Positions 61,548 to 64,000 of a DNA stretch of 64,000 nt are shown here, one piece after another. The DNA comes from Scyliorhinus canicula (lineage: Eukaryota), in the NCBI RefSeq assembly GCF_902713615.1, contig NC_052157.1, positions 130,243,425 to 130,307,424 of the forward strand, written 5' to 3'. A model generated the notes under the pieces. The model was not told where the DNA came from. It did no database searches and worked only from the letters and a program-made list of their open reading frames with translations. Every line of letters begins with the position of its first letter. The stretch's first letter is position 1. A program made the translations under genes and the position numbers.

Positions 61548-63291
61548 TACATATAAGTGAAAAGAGCTCCATGCTTACCCAAATTGCGTACACAGTGACG
61601 ATACAAATATATTACTAAACCATCATAACCACTGTGGCACCGAGGCTTTTTGTTCTCCAATTTTGTTTAAAATTCTGAGTTACTGAGTGTACGCTAATGA
61701 GACCAGCAACATACATTCAATGGAGAGCTAACCAGGTTGGCAATTTGCTTACACTGGGACAATATCCTTCTCCCGTCTGTTTTACGAGTCACTTGCTGCC
61801 ATCTGTTAGGTCTCTTGATTTACCATTCCCTGCAGATGGTTCTGGGACCCCCCCACCCAAGTCTCAGACTTCCACCAATGTAACTCTGTATCTAACTGCC
61901 ATGAGGGTATGTACAAGTATCTCAGGTCAGCTTGCTCAACTGTTCTCCCTTCCCTGCCTCGCAGAGTCGCCACAACCACAACCTTGCTCGGTCGGTGCCT
62001 CTCTCCGATGGCCTGTCTGAAATTTCACACTCAGCCCCAGGAAACACGAGTCTATAAAAAGGTCAGTTACAGCACGAGCATTGCCTGGCTCAACCCACTG
62101 GAATATTAATAAGCTCTGCCAAAGTAGAGCATCATTTGGTTTAATAAAAATTGATCTAGACTGTTGAAACAAGCACATGTAACTTCTGTAATCAAATAAA
62201 CTGAACAAAAAGAGAGAAAGAGCAAGCATTAGTTAACAATGGGAAATTAATATATTTAATATTCCATAACAAATGGTCATCTAGACTGAATATTTGATTC
62301 AATTTGTGCTGCTTTATGAAGGTGGTGAATATTCGATTTCAGAAAGATGCCAATATCTTTGAATTATCATGAATGACTGAACTAAAAATTAATTTTTAAG
62401 CACAAAGAAAATCTATTCGACCTATATCAGGTACTCACGAGGGATGGTACTAAATATTGAAAAATGTTTGAAGTATGTATTTAAAGAAACCAGGGCGCAA
62501 TCCTCAGAATACAAGGTTGACACCCAGGGGTCTGCAAGGTGGAGAGGGTACTTCCATCTGACGGGGGTGTCAATGTTTGTTTTAAAAATCCTCATCATCC
62601 CCCTGGCTTATTTGCTAGTTATTTTAAAATCTACACCTTCTGAATACCAATCAGTACGCCAGCAGAATGTTTCTATTCATCTGCTCTTATCAAAAGCACC
62701 CATAATTGTGAACACCTTTGTTAAATCTTCCCTTAACATTCTCTGCTCAGAGGAGGTCTATTCCAGCTTCTACATGACGGAGCTCCTAATACCTGGCATC
62801 ATTCTAGAAAATCTCCTCTGCACATACTGCAAAGCCTTGCGTATCAAAATAACTTCCTCAGTCCAATGGTCAAAAAATCACCATGCCCTCATTCTGCCAA
62901 GGGTGGGTGGGAATCTAATTAAAATCTACTGCCGCTAAAGATCACCCCCTCCCTCCCCCATTATCTTTGTTTACCGCTATGAAATGGTGTCTGTTGGATT
63001 GACCCACTGGACAAAACCTCTGAGATAAGAGATGGCTGGACAGCTGGTTGACGTTTCAGGAACCAAACATGGTCACTGGTTTTTTTTTTGGCAGGGTGTG
63101 GTTTATAAGTTCAAGCGCTTCATTTTCCTTCAATTTGCAATATTTTAATCTATTGTGATTATTACAGCGCTCTTCACTATTGTGTGGCATGTGTGAAAAA
63201 TTGACTTCTGTTGTGAAGGGCAATAGCTTGATTGAAGCAAAACATGTTCTGATGAGGTTTCCTCTTTAAACAATGTGATGACAGGACTGAC

Positions 63292-63297
63292 TTTATT
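63292..63297 (-). terminator. Candidate proximal poly(A) signal of the CA4-like gene
   Basis: AATAAA on the minus strand about 170 nt after the stop codon. Confidence 0.35.
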
Positions 63298-63465
63298 CCC
63301 TTTTCACTTCAAAAAGTTTCCCAAATGAGAACCAAAATGTCGGTCACTGTTAATCAGTACAGATTGCGATATTTATAATGATGGTGTTCCTCTTTTAAAT
63401 CCATTGGCCGGAAGAAGAAAATCCACTTTTCTTGTGACAAATGTTGTGATCTGCAGGTAGGTTGC

Positions 63466-63642
63466 TCAGTTGAATATAGACGTCCAGACTGCAAGCCCCA
63501 CTGATAACCCTACAGCACTGAAAAGTCTGACAGCTGAACCGGTCACATAGACTGCACGATCATTTAGGTTTTGGACAGGCCTGAAGTTTAATTTCATGTG
63601 CTTTGAATCGCTGAAGTAAAGATTTTCAGAAAATGCGTTGAG
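63466..63642 (-). CDS. ca4: Terminal coding exon of a GPI-anchored alpha-carbonic anhydrase (CA IV-like); upstream exons lie beyond the window
   Basis: Acceptor tttactttattttgtttcag precedes a phase-0 exon encoding LNAFSENLYFSDSKHMKLNFRPVQNLNDRAVYVT. This matches the alpha-CA C-terminal N(F/V)RPxQxLxxR motif and resembles human CA4 ILAFSQKLYY...DNVRPLQQLGQR. It is followed by a hydrophobic GPI-signal tail and a stop. A CA15-like paralogue is not excluded. Confidence 0.8.
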   Translation of the reverse strand, partial: LNAFSENLYFSDSKHMKLNFRPVQNLNDRAVYVTGSAVRLFSAVGLSVGLAVWTSIFN

Positions 63643-64000
63643 CTGAAACAAAATAAAGTAAATGTTAAGTTTTCAGACGGCAATAATTTTATCTGACATG
63701 CCAGTTCTGGGGAATATTTTCTTCATATCCGTTAAGAATGCTTCAAACAATTTATTGTTGCATGGTGTGACAAATGGAGGCTTTGAGGAATATTGGATTC
63801 CAAATATTGGACAAATAAAGGGTTAAAAGCCATGGGTTATGGTGTGCTTGACTGCAGTGGTCATGTTTTTTTTTAAAATCCTGTTTTGTAGTGACTGGGA
63901 GCTTTTAGGAGCCAGAAGAATGTGCTTTTCAATCTGGGCTAAAGTATTGTGGTTTAACTGGGGACGTCCATGGAGAGTTAATTTATCTTGCAGCTTGGGG

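Noticed and set aside
62444-62938. 164-aa + strand ORF
   Set aside because: Runs through decayed repeat fragments, including antisense CR1; no domain.
63250-63275. CTGATGA box as a hammerhead or snoRNA motif (also 27809, 41418, 49813)
   Set aside because: No partner GAAA or stem arrangement.

Overview
Vertebrate genomic DNA, very likely from an elasmobranch (shark): it carries HE1/V-SINE, HER1/CR1 and Deu-domain SINE repeats. Much of the 64 kb is transposable element. It holds CR1 and L1 LINEs (one full-length L1 at 19824-26247), many tRNA-derived SINEs, an internally deleted Gypsy provirus (30787-34005), several solo LTRs, GC-rich Harbinger-type MITEs, a decayed pogo/Passer (DD35D) transposon and a 27-bp minisatellite. 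The only host coding sequence I can support is the terminal, GPI-signal-encoding exon of a carbonic anhydrase IV-like gene on the minus strand (63466-63642). Its 3' UTR may run about 4 kb to a poly(A) signal at 59245. I see no clear new multi-gene system. The most unusual signals are structural: (1) a 122-nt tract copied exactly, in inverted orientation, between two SINE loci 36 kb apart; (2) a 1.27-kb inversion marked by an inverted L1 TSD and a split repeat tail; (3) one V-SINE head occurring with three different 3' tails; (4) a degenerate Penelope-type minimal hammerhead ribozyme; (5) LTR-borne CTCF-like motifs. Repeat family names come from recognition only, not database searches, and most repeat boundaries are approximate.
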